Assembly (NCBI GenBank): GCA_011605725.1
Contig: JAAOZP010000020.1
Coordinates: 1 to 62,576, forward strand
DNA from: Nitrososphaerota archaeon
GTDB lineage: Archaea; Thermoproteota; EX4484-205; JAAOZP01
Direction: 5' to 3'
DNA: 62,576 bases
Shown: positions 49,584 through 60,244 of the stretch, piece by piece
How positions within the stretch are numbered: position 1 is the first letter of the stretch
Layout: each line of letters begins with the position of its first letter
Made by a program: the position numbers and the translations under genes
Notes under the pieces: model-generated
The model's database searches: none
What the model was told of the DNA's origin: nothing
The model's input: only the letters and a program-made list of their open reading frames with translations

Positions 49584-49990
49584 TGCCCAATGAGAAGGAA
49601 GGTGTTCAACCCAGGATTCTACACCCGTGCCACCAGGTTGCAGAACAGGAGAATATGGTTTGGGTCTGCGACGGAGCTGCAAACGTTGGGCAGATAGGGC
49701 ACGAGATAGGGGTTTTGCTTACAAACCTAGGTAAAGCCAGAATGTGCTGCACGACCGCGGTCGCAGCAGGCTCAAAACCGCATCTGGATATAGCTGGAAG
49801 AGCTAAGAGAAACATAGTTATAAACGGGTGTGGCAACAGGTGTGCCTCTAAAGTTTTAGAGAACGCTGGGAAAAAGATTGACTACGAGATCGACATATCT
49901 AAGTACCTGCGAAAAATACCGACTCTAGACATATACGAGGCGGATGTTCAGAGAATAGCACAGATAATCATCGATGAAGCGAAGCTTTAA
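49583..49990 (+). CDS. DGC-domain putative zinc-binding protein
   Basis: CDGAANVGQ, MCC, INGCGNRCA. Confidence 0.85.
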   Translation: MPNEKEGVQPRILHPCHQVAEQENMVWVCDGAANVGQIGHEIGVLLTNLGKARMCCTTAVAAGSKPHLDIAGRAKRNIVINGCGNRCASKVLENAGKKIDYEIDISKYLRKIPTLDIYEADVQRIAQIIIDEAKL

Positions 49991-50080
49991 ACCTTAAATA
50001 CATGGATTAAGAAAAATTTTAAACATCCCGCGTGCTAGTGTTTTTTATACTTATTTTAAAAGTATGGCCTGTTATCGTTA

Positions 50081-50095
50081 GTTTAGAAAATAAAC
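50081..50095. promoter_or_regulatory. Third GTTTA-N5-TAAAC operator
   Basis: GTTTAGAAAATAAAC upstream of the ORF at 50144. Confidence 0.65.
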
Positions 50096-50143
50096 CCTCG
50101 GGGAAAGATTTAAAAACCTCACTGGAAAGCTGCGGCTCTCAGG

Positions 50144-50527
50144 ATGAAGAGCGCTAAAAACCGTCCCAGATTCATAATGTGCTTCTGTACTGGAGAATGC
50201 CCAGGATTCGCGAAGCTAGAGCTTTGGAAGCTAGTTAACTTCGTCAGAAACGAGCTTGATGTTGAGTACGCTGTTATCCACCCGCAGCTCTGCGTCACGG
50301 ATGGAGACAACTTCCTGAGAGACCTCTTGAAAGACGGGGATAAGGATAGGATCTACGTGATCGGAGGATGCGACCCGAGAATGCAGAGAAAAATGTTTAA
50401 GGATGTTTTCACCGAGAAAGGACTAGACTTCGATAAGCAAGTGGTCCCGCTCGACCTAAGGAACATGGAGACTCCGGAAGCCATGAAGAAGGTTGCTGAA
50501 ACAATTGAAAAACTAACGACCAGTTGA
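50144..50527 (+). CDS. Stand-alone HdrA N-terminal-like Fe-S domain protein
   Basis: CFCTGEC, HPQLC and GGCDPRMQ resemble the Cys pattern of the HdrA N-domain. Confidence 0.6.
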   Translation: MKSAKNRPRFIMCFCTGECPGFAKLELWKLVNFVRNELDVEYAVIHPQLCVTDGDNFLRDLLKDGDKDRIYVIGGCDPRMQRKMFKDVFTEKGLDFDKQVVPLDLRNMETPEAMKKVAETIEKLTTS

Positions 50528-50548
50528 AAAAAATGGAGGTTTACGAGG

Positions 50549-50833
50549 ATGAGTAAGGCAAACCTATGGCCTCCGAGGGAAGAGATAGACTGGTATCCCC
50601 GGATAAACCAAGATCTCTGCATCAAATGCGGGTCCTGCGTCGAGTTCTGTATGCACGGGGTATATTCAAGGCAAGGAGACAAGATTGTAGTTTCCAAGCC
50701 ATACGAATGTGTCGTGGGCTGCGAAGCATGCAAACACAGGTGTCCAGTCGGAGCTATAAGCTTCCCCTCCAGGGAAGAATTAAGACAGATGTTGAAGGCT
50801 CTGAGAGAGAAATACAATAATATTCGACAGTAA
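50549..50833 (+). CDS. 2[4Fe-4S] ferredoxin
   Basis: CIKCGSCVEFC, CVVGCEACKHRCP. Confidence 0.92.
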   Translation: MSKANLWPPREEIDWYPRINQDLCIKCGSCVEFCMHGVYSRQGDKIVVSKPYECVVGCEACKHRCPVGAISFPSREELRQMLKALREKYNNIRQ

Positions 50834-51279
50834 AGAACGAATATTTGGCGAAGAATTAGCTAGGTTTCCCCAAAAGCTTAAAAACATCCTTTAATTCCCT
50901 CTGCCTTACCTGCAGCACTCATATGTTGAAAAGCTCTTACCGCATAAACTATTGCCGTTATCGATGAATGCACCAGCATCGCATACATTAGCATAGAAGG
51001 ACTGTCCAACCATGAGAATATTATATACAGGACATACATGTTTCTCCTTCCATCTATTCTAGCAAAGATCCTGTCAAACTTCATGCATGCTGTTAAAGCC
51101 TTCCCTACCATTTCCTTAAATTGCATATAGCAATGCCTTATGAAGCCGTTTGCCGAAAGCAACGCATCCCATGTATTCTCGAAAAGCCTTACGAACATAT
51201 ACTTTAAAAAGAAAGTTTTTGGGACAACATCTCTATAGACTAATATATGTTCTAGGTGAAAACATAATATGAGAAAAAG

Positions 51280-51606
51280 TTGTTCGGCTATCGTTGGGGC
51301 TGGCGGAGAAAGGGCCCAGGAAGACCCATTAAGCCTAGGGTGATTAATGGTTTGCCGAAGGCTAACAGGTTCATCCCAGCGTCTCTCGAGGAATCCAGCG
51401 TTCCAGGCGAAGAACAGGTTAAAATGACTATTGACGAGTATGAAGCGTTACGGCTAGTCGATTACGAGGGCCTGCTGCAGGAGGAGGCTGCTCAAAGAAT
51501 GGGTGTTTCACGAGGCACTGTGTGGCGGTGTTTAAATAGTGCGCGGAAAAAGGTGGCTACTATGCTTGTTGAAGGGCGGGAATTAGTTATCATGCTTGAC
51601 GCGTAG
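51280..51606 (+). CDS. DUF134-family DNA-binding protein
   Basis: GRP, EYEALRLVDYEGLLQEEAAQRMGVSRGT. Confidence 0.9.
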   Translation: MFGYRWGWRRKGPGRPIKPRVINGLPKANRFIPASLEESSVPGEEQVKMTIDEYEALRLVDYEGLLQEEAAQRMGVSRGTVWRCLNSARKKVATMLVEGRELVIMLDA

Positions 51607-51692
51607 CTTTGATCTAAACGGTTTTTTAAAGAATTTTGTGCAAGGGCAAGATTTATATATGTGCGATTGCACAAAAATAGCGGTGATAGAAG

Positions 51693-51908
51693 ATGGGATG
51701 GAGAGGAGGATGGTATGCACGAGGTTTCGGAGGATGGAGCAGCCCATGGCCTGGAAGAGGACCGTTCAGCTTCCTACCGCCATGGCAGAGGCCTGGCTGG
51801 TGGTTTGGCAGGGGCGCATGCTGGTGGCTGTTCAACCCATATATCGCGATCGCACCGTACTATTACCCACCGTATAGCCTGTACTATTACCCTTATGCTT
51901 GGAGGTGA
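51693..51908 (+). CDS. Gly/Trp/Pro/Tyr-rich small protein
   Basis: PWPGRGPFSFLPPWQRPGWWFGRGACWW; followed by GGAGGTGA RBS of the next gene. Confidence 0.7.
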   Translation: MGWRGGWYARGFGGWSSPWPGRGPFSFLPPWQRPGWWFGRGACWWLFNPYIAIAPYYYPPYSLYYYPYAWR

Positions 51909-51914
51909 TTAAGA

Positions 51915-52391
51915 ATGGGGTATAGACGGAGGAGAATGTACTATTTGACGGGGCTGCCCGGATGGATGAGATTCGGCTATTCGCCAGGATGGGTAGGCAG
52001 GTCTCCTACAGGTCTTTCACCGACGGCGGAATGGATTATTTCAAGCGGTCTAATGCCGCAATACAGGCAGTATCTTACTAACAAGGGTGCATCACAAATC
52101 CCGTTGTACATGCTCTGGGCTCCTGTAAGCAAAGAGGACGAGATCCGAATGCTGGAGGAGCAGGCCAAATCCATTGAAACACAGCTTGAGGCAACGAGAA
52201 GGAGACTAGAGAATTTGAAGAAAGGCTCTTCAGGGGAATTTAATTACCCCTTTCCTTTTATGGGTCCATCTCCACAGGAGGAGCTAGCTCTGCTTGAGGA
52301 CTACAGAAAGCACTTAGATGAGGAGGTTAAAGGCGTGGAGGCGAGGATCGAAGAGTTGAGGAAGCTCCTGGAGAAGAAGGAGTCTAAGTAG
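51915..52391 (+). CDS. DUF5320-like protein with two coiled-coil modules
   Basis: YYLTGLPGWMRFGY; KEDEIRMLEEQA..RLENL and QEELALLE..RIEEL. Confidence 0.75.
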   Translation: MGYRRRRMYYLTGLPGWMRFGYSPGWVGRSPTGLSPTAEWIISSGLMPQYRQYLTNKGASQIPLYMLWAPVSKEDEIRMLEEQAKSIETQLEATRRRLENLKKGSSGEFNYPFPFMGPSPQEELALLEDYRKHLDEEVKGVEARIEELRKLLEKKESK

Positions 52392-52394
52392 GAG

Positions 52395-52646
52395 GTGAGC
52401 ACGTTGCCATACGGTATGGGACCGTGGGGATGGTTCGCATACCCGTATTGGGCTTGGTGGTTGAGATGCAGATGGTTCCCCTGGCTTCCAAGACGGTGGT
52501 GGACAGGAATATATGGTCCAATAACACCTTGGATGCTTCCGATGTCGAGGGAAGATGAAATAGCGATACTACAAGAGGAAGCGAGAATGCTTGAGCAGGA
52601 GCTCGATGCGATTAGAAAGAGGCTTGAAGAGCTTAAGAAACAGTGA
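52395..52646 (+). CDS. DUF5320-like Trp-rich protein
   Basis: RCRWFPWLPRRWW followed by REDEIAILQEEA..RLEEL. Confidence 0.75.
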   Translation: MSTLPYGMGPWGWFAYPYWAWWLRCRWFPWLPRRWWTGIYGPITPWMLPMSREDEIAILQEEARMLEQELDAIRKRLEELKKQ

Positions 52647-52652
52647 CGCGAG

Positions 52653-53201
52653 ATGAAGGTAGCAGTATCCGCAGCTGGAAGAAGCCTAGATTCCCCGGTT
52701 GACCCTAGGTTTGGCCGGTGCCAATACTTCATTATTATTGATACTGAAACAATGTCGTTTGAATCCATTCCAAATATGAGCGTGAATTCGATGGGTGGTG
52801 CAGGGATTCAAGCAGCGCAGGAGATAGCGAGCAGAGGTGTCGAGGCAGTGATAACTGGAAACGTTGGTCCAAATGCATATCAAGTGCTTTCCTCCGCAGG
52901 AATCAGAGTCTTGATAGGAGCATCCGGCACAGTGAGGGAGGCTATTGAGATGTTTAAAAGAGGGGAGCTCCAAGATGCCACCACCCTGGGTTCTCCCGGG
53001 TTCGGGGCGGGCCCAGGCAGGGGTAGAGGGTTTGGAACCGGGATGGGTAGGGGCATGGGGCGTTTCTTTCCTCAGCCTTCTCAAGCACCCGTAGGCCGAC
53101 CGATGCAAGCCACATTCTCATCTAGAGAGGAAGAGATACTGATGTTAGAGAGACAAATGGACTCTGCAACAGCAACTGAACAAGATAAAGAAGAGGCTTA
53201 A
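52653..53201 (+). CDS. NifB/NifX (Orange protein-like) domain with Gly/Arg linker and coiled-coil tail (tail frameshifted near 53160)
   Basis: DPRFGRCQYF, GGAGIQAAQ, TGNVGPNA; tail continues in another frame as TLQQQLNKIKKRLKEL. Confidence 0.88.
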   Translation: MKVAVSAAGRSLDSPVDPRFGRCQYFIIIDTETMSFESIPNMSVNSMGGAGIQAAQEIASRGVEAVITGNVGPNAYQVLSSAGIRVLIGASGTVREAIEMFKRGELQDATTLGSPGFGAGPGRGRGFGTGMGRGMGRFFPQPSQAPVGRPMQATFSSREEEILMLERQMDSATATEQDKEEA

Positions 53202-53255
53202 AGAGCTTAAGGACGCGAATCAGGAATCTTCCCAGTCCGAGTGAAGGTGATAGGA

Positions 53256-53600
53256 ATGGGGAAGCTTAGGATTGCGATCTCGACGAAAGGGGAGAAGGGT
53301 TTAGACGACGAGGTGGCAGAAGTATTTGGTAGAACGAATACTATTACAATTGTAGACATTATAAACGGAGAAGTAAAGAACGTGCAGGTGCTTAAGAACC
53401 CAGCCGCGTCCTTCAGGTTCGGCGCCGGCCCTATTTTGGTCAAGACCCTAATAGACATGAATGTTAATGTTGTAGTATCGGGTGAACTTGGTCCAAGCGC
53501 TTCAGAACTAATTGAAGACCATAAGATGTCTAAAGTCATTGTAAAGCCGGGCACGCCAGTGAAAGAAGCCATTAAAACTGTTGAGCTGCAACTCAGCTGA
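53256..53600 (+). CDS. NifB/NifX-family protein
   Basis: EVFGRT, GAGP, SGELGP. Confidence 0.85.
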   Translation: MGKLRIAISTKGEKGLDDEVAEVFGRTNTITIVDIINGEVKNVQVLKNPAASFRFGAGPILVKTLIDMNVNVVVSGELGPSASELIEDHKMSKVIVKPGTPVKEAIKTVELQLS

Positions 53601-53660
53601 TATGCATCAAGCAACCAAGACTCGTATGTCAAGGCAGAAAGACTCTCCTCCAAACCCGGG

Positions 53661-54604
53661 ATGCTAGCTTTCGGTCCCGTTCCATCAAGACGCTTAGGCA
53701 GGAGTCTAGGAGTGAATAACATTCCAGCAAAAACTTGCACGTATTCCTGCGTCTACTGCCAATCGGGAAAAACTACGAATATGACCGTCGAAAGAATGAT
53801 TTTCATGAAACAGAGGAATTTTCCAAGATGTTAAAAAGAAAGTCATGAAGTGATGCTAAGGAATGAAAAATCGATTATTTGTCTTTTGTTCTAGACGGGG
53901 AGCCAACGCTGGAGCTTAAATTAGGCAAACGGATCTCAGCCCTTAAGACATTTGGCATTCCAATAGCCGTCTTAACCAATGCTTAATTAATATGGAAGGA
54001 ACCTATCAGGAAAAACCTAATGGAAGCGGACTTGGTTTCCCTAAAATTGGATGCGATCAGGGAAGACTTGTGGAGAATGATAAACAGGCCCCATAAGGAC
54101 CTGAGGCTGAAAGCTGTCTTAGAGGGGATAGAGAGGTTTTCGGAGGAGTTTAAAGGCGCGATCATAAGCGAGACGATGTTGATAGATGGCATCGACTACG
54201 GAGACGAGTTTAAAGAGATAGTAGAATTCCTGGGAAATCTGAAGAGGCTGGATAAGGCCTACATTGCTATTCCAACTAGACTGCCGGCGGAGGAATGGGT
54301 TAGGCCGGCCAAGGAGGAAACCATAAACCCGGCCTTCCAAGCCTTTTCCGAAAAACTTGGCGCCGGCAGAGTCGAATAGCTTAGCAGATCCTCTTCAAGT
54401 TTTCCTGTAAAGGCGAAGGCATTTCCCTCATAGCCTATTAAAATAACAGCGGTGCATCCCATGCGGAAAGAAGCGGTTGAAGAGCTTCTAAAGAAGGCGA
54501 ATGCAGATTGGCAAATTATAGAGAAACTCTTACGAAGAGGCAAGCTTAGAGAGCTTGAATATGAAGGGAACACGTACTACATGCGAAGACTACCACCGGA
54601 ATAA
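53661..54604 (+). pseudogene. Radical SAM pseudogene with multiple frameshifts and stops
   Basis: [31 protein letters not shown], in-frame stops, AVHPMR tail. Confidence 0.85.
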
Positions 54605-54742
54605 AAAGCTAAGATGAAGGGCGTTGAAGCGCGCATAAAAAGTGCTTAATTTTTTTAGGATTTATGGGTATAACATGTTACCAAACCACTCTAATGTGAT
54701 AGCCCTATCTCTCTATGTATTTCACAATCAATCTCATTAATC

Positions 54743-55171
54743 TTATAGATAACGTGCTATTCTTGATTCCAACAGTCGTCTCGGCATTGCGCCGATAATC
54801 CTGTCTACAAGTTTTCCGTTTTTAAACACTAATAGTGTTGGGATGCTCATTATTCCATACCGTGTGCTAACTTCTGGATTCTCATCCACGTTAAGCTTTC
54901 CAAACAGGATTTTTCCAGAATAATCTCGTGCCAGCTCCTCTATGATAGGTGCAACCATATGGCATGGGCCGCACCAAGGCGCCCAGCAATCAATAACCAC
55001 CAGCGAATGATTCTGAATTGTTTCTTTGAAGGTTGCATCAGTTATCTCAATAGGTTTTCCCAAGGATGCTTCCCGTTTTTCGAAAGAGGGTGCGCTAGCC
55101 GTTCTCTTCATCATTTCTCGCAATTTTGCTTGTTTAATTCTCTCAAGCTCCCTGTCCTCATTTTCCTCCAT
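54743..55171 (-). CDS. trxA: Thioredoxin
   Basis: WAPWCGPC, SIPT. Confidence 0.95.
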   Translation of the reverse strand: MEENEDRELERIKQAKLREMMKRTASAPSFEKREASLGKPIEITDATFKETIQNHSLVVIDCWAPWCGPCHMVAPIIEELARDYSGKILFGKLNVDENPEVSTRYGIMSIPTLLVFKNGKLVDRIIGAMPRRLLESRIARYL

Positions 55172-55324
55172 TTAGATGCATCGCAGTTCATGCATAAAAT
55201 ATTGTATAAAAACTTTAAGGAAAAATAAATAATACCCTTTTCAATACGGGCCGTATTGCCTATTTGCCCAATTACTATATGGTTGCACCTTACGCGGCTA
55301 CCCGTCATTTGGTCAAAAACTCAT

Positions 55325-55954
55325 CTATCTCTTAACGGCCTTTACGCATAGAAAACTTCCTTGATGCGGATCGCTTCTCGGGTCTTCTACAACAGGGATG
55401 GATGAAGGCGGATAGGTTAGAGTTGATTTATAGTCTAGGATTTTAAAACCGTGTTTTCCAAGCAATTCTTCAAGTTCCGATAAACTATAAAAATGTGCAT
55501 AACGGTAGAAGCGATGACCTTTTTCAGCCTTCTCAACATAAAGCTGACCCCAAGGCGAATCCCTGACGATGATGCACGTTGCTAGAACACCATTAGGTTT
55601 CAAAACCCTATAAATCTCTTTCAAGACTGTTTCCGGATCATCGAGAAAACATAAAGTAACTGTCATCAAAACATAGTCGAATATTTTGTCTGGAAACGGT
55701 AGAAACTCCGCTAGGGCTCTGATAACTTGTATGCCTCGTTTCACAGCGATTCTTAGCATTCGATTGGAAGCATCTATCCCGATTTGCACTTTCGCTTCCT
55801 TAGCGAAAATACCGGTGCCGACACCCACATCAAGCCCTAACCCATTAAGATCGAGGGCCTTGATTGCCCGTATTTCCGACTCAAGAACTTCAGGGTGCTG
55901 AGAATACCAAGAATCGTAGTATTCTGAAAATTGTTCAAACACTCTATACGACAT
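55325..55954 (-). CDS. Class I SAM-dependent methyltransferase
   Basis: LDVGVGTG, LPFPDKIFD, RVLKPNG. Confidence 0.92.
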   Translation of the reverse strand: MSYRVFEQFSEYYDSWYSQHPEVLESEIRAIKALDLNGLGLDVGVGTGIFAKEAKVQIGIDASNRMLRIAVKRGIQVIRALAEFLPFPDKIFDYVLMTVTLCFLDDPETVLKEIYRVLKPNGVLATCIIVRDSPWGQLYVEKAEKGHRFYRYAHFYSLSELEELLGKHGFKILDYKSTLTYPPSSIPVVEDPRSDPHQGSFLCVKAVKR

Positions 55955-56197
55955 TTAGCGCTCTCTAAAAACAAAGCTTCCATATAAAGGTTTTAAGCTT
56001 CTCTAGCTTTCAACTACGCCAGAAAACCATTGCAAATCCCTCCTTTAATCATACGAGGAAAGACTTTCTAACGTTGTTTCCAAAACGCTTAAGCTCTTCA
56101 TGTAGAATCCCTGTGAGCTTAAGGCGAAAAATAAAAATTTTGGACACGCCCCCCAACAAGTAAAGCTTAAAATATTACAAAAGCTTGGTCCGAGGTT

Positions 56198-57546
56198 ATG
56201 AAAAACGAGAATAAGTATGACATAGTGATTGTCGGTGGTGTGCAAGTGGGTTTACAGCAGCATATACAGCTAAAATGCTTTATAAAGACAAATCCATTCT
56301 TCTTATAAAGAGTGAAGGTAAAACACTCATACCGTGCGCGATACCATACTTAGCGGCTACACTAGAAAGTTGCGATAAGGATTTAATGCCGTATGCACTT
56401 CTAACCAATCAAGGAGTAAAAGTTGTGATTGATGATGTTATTGATGTTGACAGAAATAGTAGAAAAGTAATTACTTTTTCCGGGAATTCTTATGAATATG
56501 AAAAATTGATTTTAGCCACCGGCTCTTTGCCTTTTGTCCCATCTTCAATAGAAGGTGTAAACTTAAAGAATGTATTTAGAGTCTCCAAGAGGTATGAAGA
56601 AGTTGAAGCTTTGCAGAAAGCATTACGAAACGCAAATAAGATTGTCATAATTGGTGGTGGTTTTATAGGGGTGGAGCTCGCGGACGATTTGTCAAACATT
56701 AAAAAAGATGTAACAATAGTAGAGATGCTTCCACACTGCCTACTTTTAAATTTTGACGAAGAATTTGCGGTTAAAGCAGAAGAGAAGCTGAAGCAAAAGG
56801 GAATAAAAATAATAACGAGTAGAACTGTTAAAAAGATCTATGGTGAAAAAAAAGCGGAAGGAGTAGAGCTTGAAAATGGAGAGAAGATACCTGCAGACGT
56901 AGTTGTTGTTTCAATCGGTTATCGTCCAAACATAGAGTTAGCTAAAAAAATTAGTTTAAGAATTGGGGACTACGGCGTTCTTGTCGACGAGTTTATGAGA
57001 ACAAACGATCCTAATATATTTGCAGTTGGAGACATGACCGAAAAAAGGCACTTCCTCTTTGGAAAGCCCACGCCAATCATGCTAGCTTCAATTGCCTGTC
57101 AAGAAGCAAGAGTTGCTGTTATGAGCTTATATGGTGCAAAAGTGAGTAAAAGGATGAGCGGTCAGGTTGGAGTTTTTTCGACAAAGATTGGGGACTTAGC
57201 ATTAGCATGTGTCGGTGTTACTGAAAGCTTAGCTAAGAAAGAGAACGTTGAATACGTTGTTGGAAGGTCAAAGGTTGTTAACAGGCATCCTGCTCACTTA
57301 CCCGGCGCAAGCGAAACAGAATTAAAACTAATATTTCTAAAAGATGGAACCCTTATTGGAGCACAAGCATCTTGCACATGTGATGAAGTTGCAGAGCTTG
57401 TCAACACCATTGCAATAGCAGTCCAGAATAAGATGAAAATTGACGAAATCACTACAATGCAATATGGAGGCCACCCGAGGCTGTCGGCATCTCCTGTAGT
57501 AAATCCAGTTATAATGGCAGCTCTAGATGCATATAGACAGCTTTAG
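56198..57546 (+). pseudogene. FAD-dependent CoA-disulfide reductase / NADH oxidase-like gene, frameshifted in the N-terminal GxGxxG (~56240)
   Basis: MKNENKYDIVIVGG is out of frame with ASGFTAA..PCAIPY, ATGS, GGGFIG, FAVGD. Confidence 0.8.
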
Positions 57547-57731
57547 CTTTAGTTTACTACTAATTATCTTCTTTTTATCAAAATGCTTTTGATCAACATT
57601 ATCAATCTATTTAAGTATATTTCTTTCTAGAGGTGATAAAACTGAAAGTAGCAGCGGTCAATCATGAGACCTAGAGACACTTAAAACCGTAAGATTTTTG
57701 CTATGGCTTAAAATTAGAATGCTCTTCATAT

Positions 57732-58463
57732 TCAGATGCTGAAAGAGTAGCGTGCTCCCACTCCTGCTTCCATGTAATCCTCTCCCAATTTTTCCCTGAA
57801 AAGCCTCCTAGCCAAGTCTCCACTACAATGGCAAGGGGCCACTTTCTTTACCCCTAATCTCTTAAGCTCCCCTATAATTGACAGGATCGTCTTTTCAGAT
57901 TCCCCACCTAAGTGAAAGCCTCCTATTGCAAGATAAATGTCTCTACCTGTTAACTCCTTTGCTTTCTTCAAGACGTTTACGATCCCCGGATGGGCGCAAC
58001 CAGTAACCACGATAAGGCCATTTGACGAGGAGACAATCAAAGATTGCTCCTTAATCCCATTGAGTTCTCCCACTGTTGCCAACCCGTTGCAAATCTTCAT
58101 CGCATTCTTTATCTCGAACAGCTCGCAACCGTATTTTCTGACTCTCCCCTTGAATTCAATAGGGAAGCTGGCTGGCAAATAAACCTTGACTTTGCTATTC
58201 AACTCTAAAACTTTGAAAAGCCCCCCGGTGTGATCCTCATGCATGTGGGAAATGACGACCATGTCTATTTCTTCCAAAGGCAGATTTAACTTAGCCATGT
58301 TACTAAGTAGGATCCGAACATCTCCACCGGTGTCGAAAAGAACAGTTACGTTATCAATCTGAATATAACAACCGAATCCCCAAGCAGTTTCTAGTTTTCC
58401 ATCACATGCATTATTGTCATAGACTATGGTGAGCTTAACATCTTCAGCCATTCCTATTTTCAT
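57732..58463 (-). CDS. MBL-fold metallo-hydrolase
   Basis: LFDTG, SHMHEDHTGG, GCAHPG, GGFH, PCHC. Confidence 0.92.
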   Translation of the reverse strand: MKIGMAEDVKLTIVYDNNACDGKLETAWGFGCYIQIDNVTVLFDTGGDVRILLSNMAKLNLPLEEIDMVVISHMHEDHTGGLFKVLELNSKVKVYLPASFPIEFKGRVRKYGCELFEIKNAMKICNGLATVGELNGIKEQSLIVSSSNGLIVVTGCAHPGIVNVLKKAKELTGRDIYLAIGGFHLGGESEKTILSIIGELKRLGVKKVAPCHCSGDLARRLFREKLGEDYMEAGVGARYSFSI

Positions 58464-58790
58464 CCTACTTGAGCTAGTAATAGCGTTTAAAAAAAAGTTT
58501 TATCGCGGCGCTCAGCTGGAGGAAATAAAAAGGTATGATATAAATTATAGCAAAGAGAATCACCAAAGTCTTAATCACGAATCCTTCGCGGAAATAGATT
58601 GCGAGAATCTTCGCAGAAAGGCGATGCTAAGAGATAATCACCTTCACGGTGAACCAGAATACTTTCTGTATATTTATTCAAAAGGTGCATCATATTCCTA
58701 CTCATCCTACGGAGACTACTACCTGAATAAAGCTATGGCAAGAGACACGTAGAAAGGGAAGCTTCCTTCTATTAGAGTTGAGGAAGGGAG

Positions 58791-59387
58791 CTAGGATGAG
58801 TGAACTTTTTTTACTATTTTCAAAATACGCTCTCCCAGCATTCGCGCTTCTTTTAATGCCTCCTTGTCTTTTAAAATATCACCTTTTCGGAATGCGTAAC
58901 CTGAGCATCCCGGAACCTTTATTACTCTCAGTCTGTCCAGATACTCGTTCATCTCGTTTATAGCGCCTCCAATCCTTCTTCTTCCGACAACAATCCAAGT
59001 CCCAATCTTATTTTCAAGCTGCCCTTTTCGCAAACACCATGTTCTTTCCATGAAAGCTCTCATACGTGATGTTACGCCCCCCATATATGATGGACTAGCC
59101 AAAATGATGACGCTGGCTTCCATAATCTTTGGATACAGCTTTTGCATATCATCTTCAATTATGCATTTGTGACTCTCTTCGCAGAAACAGCATCCTTCGC
59201 ATGGCCTGATCTCATAGTTTTTAAGAAAAATCATTTCGGTTTTTAATTCCTTTCTTAAAACACTCAAAATTTCCTCCAATAAATAAGCCGTATTTCCATC
59301 TTCACGTGGAGAACCAAGAACCCCGATTGCTTTCATTTCCTTATTGCTGACATCTATATTGTTTTTGCAAGATGCGCTCTTGCTCAT
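58791..59387 (-). CDS. Iron-sulfur flavoprotein / flavodoxin family protein
   Basis: GSPREDGNT, CEGCCFC..C, ASPSY. Confidence 0.9.
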   Translation of the reverse strand: MSKSASCKNNIDVSNKEMKAIGVLGSPREDGNTAYLLEEILSVLRKELKTEMIFLKNYEIRPCEGCCFCEESHKCIIEDDMQKLYPKIMEASVIILASPSYMGGVTSRMRAFMERTWCLRKGQLENKIGTWIVVGRRRIGGAINEMNEYLDRLRVIKVPGCSGYAFRKGDILKDKEALKEARMLGERILKIVKKVHSS

Positions 59388-60244
59388 CCTATAACTTCCT
59401 CTATTGTATTCCAGATCTGCTTTATTGCTTTGCCAATATTGCTATTCGGAGCATACTCGATCACTGGCAATCCATTGACTAGAGCGTCTACAGCAATCCT
59501 GTCAAACGGTATTAGCCCAGCAACCTCAACAGCATTCTGCTCGCAGTAATTCAGGATTTCCTTAGCATTCTTCTCATTAACATCATACATGTTCACTATA
59601 ACAATCGGTTTGATTCTAAAATGTGTAATAACTTGTATTAACCTATTCAAATCATAAATCCCAGACATGGTTGGCTCAGCCACCGCAATCGCCATATCTA
59701 TGCCTGTCAGTGTTGCAAATAACGGGCAGCCTAATCCAGGAGGACCATCAATTAGAATTAAGTCAGCATTTTCTTCTTCAGCGATTCGTTCCGCTTCATT
59801 CCTAACCATTGTCACGAGCTTGCCTGAATTCGTTTCAGCGGCATTCAGTCTTGCGTGAACCATCGGGCCGTAATTAGTCTTTGAAGTAAACATATAACCC
59901 GATGTTTTTTCACGCATTTTTATCGCGTTTACTGGGCAGACATAATAACACACGGCACACCCTTCGCATAAGAACGGATCGATTTGAAAATTCCTAACAG
60001 CATTAAACCTGCAGTAGGACTCGCATAGACCACACTTTTTACATTTGCCTTCATCGATCTCAAAGAGCTTCAAGCCATGAAACTCTCTACTTGATATGAC
60101 TTCCGGTTTCAACAATAGATGTAACATGGCTGAGTCAACGTCGCAATCCACGATTACTTTATTCTTAGCCAGGCATGAAAAGCTTGCGGCTATGGTGGTT
60201 TTACCAGTTCCGCCTTTTCCACTGACAATCGCAACCTGCTTCAT
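59384..60244 (-). CDS. MinD/ParA-type P-loop ATPase with inserted 4Fe-4S ferredoxin domain
   Basis: SGKGGTGKT, DCDVD, two CxxCxxC, DGPPGLGC. Confidence 0.93.
   Translation of the reverse strand: MKQVAIVSGKGGTGKTTIAASFSCLAKNKVIVDCDVDSAMLHLLLKPEVISSREFHGLKLFEIDEGKCKKCGLCESYCRFNAVRNFQIDPFLCEGCAVCYYVCPVNAIKMREKTSGYMFTSKTNYGPMVHARLNAAETNSGKLVTMVRNEAERIAEEENADLILIDGPPGLGCPLFATLTGIDMAIAVAEPTMSGIYDLNRLIQVITHFRIKPIVIVNMYDVNEKNAKEILNYCEQNAVEVAGLIPFDRIAVDALVNGLPVIEYAPNSNIGKAIKQIWNTIEEVIG

Noticed and set aside
50878-51198. 106-aa minus-strand ORF, and similarly 58426..58752
   Set aside because: No recognisable motif; both look like decayed membrane-gene remnants or shadow ORFs
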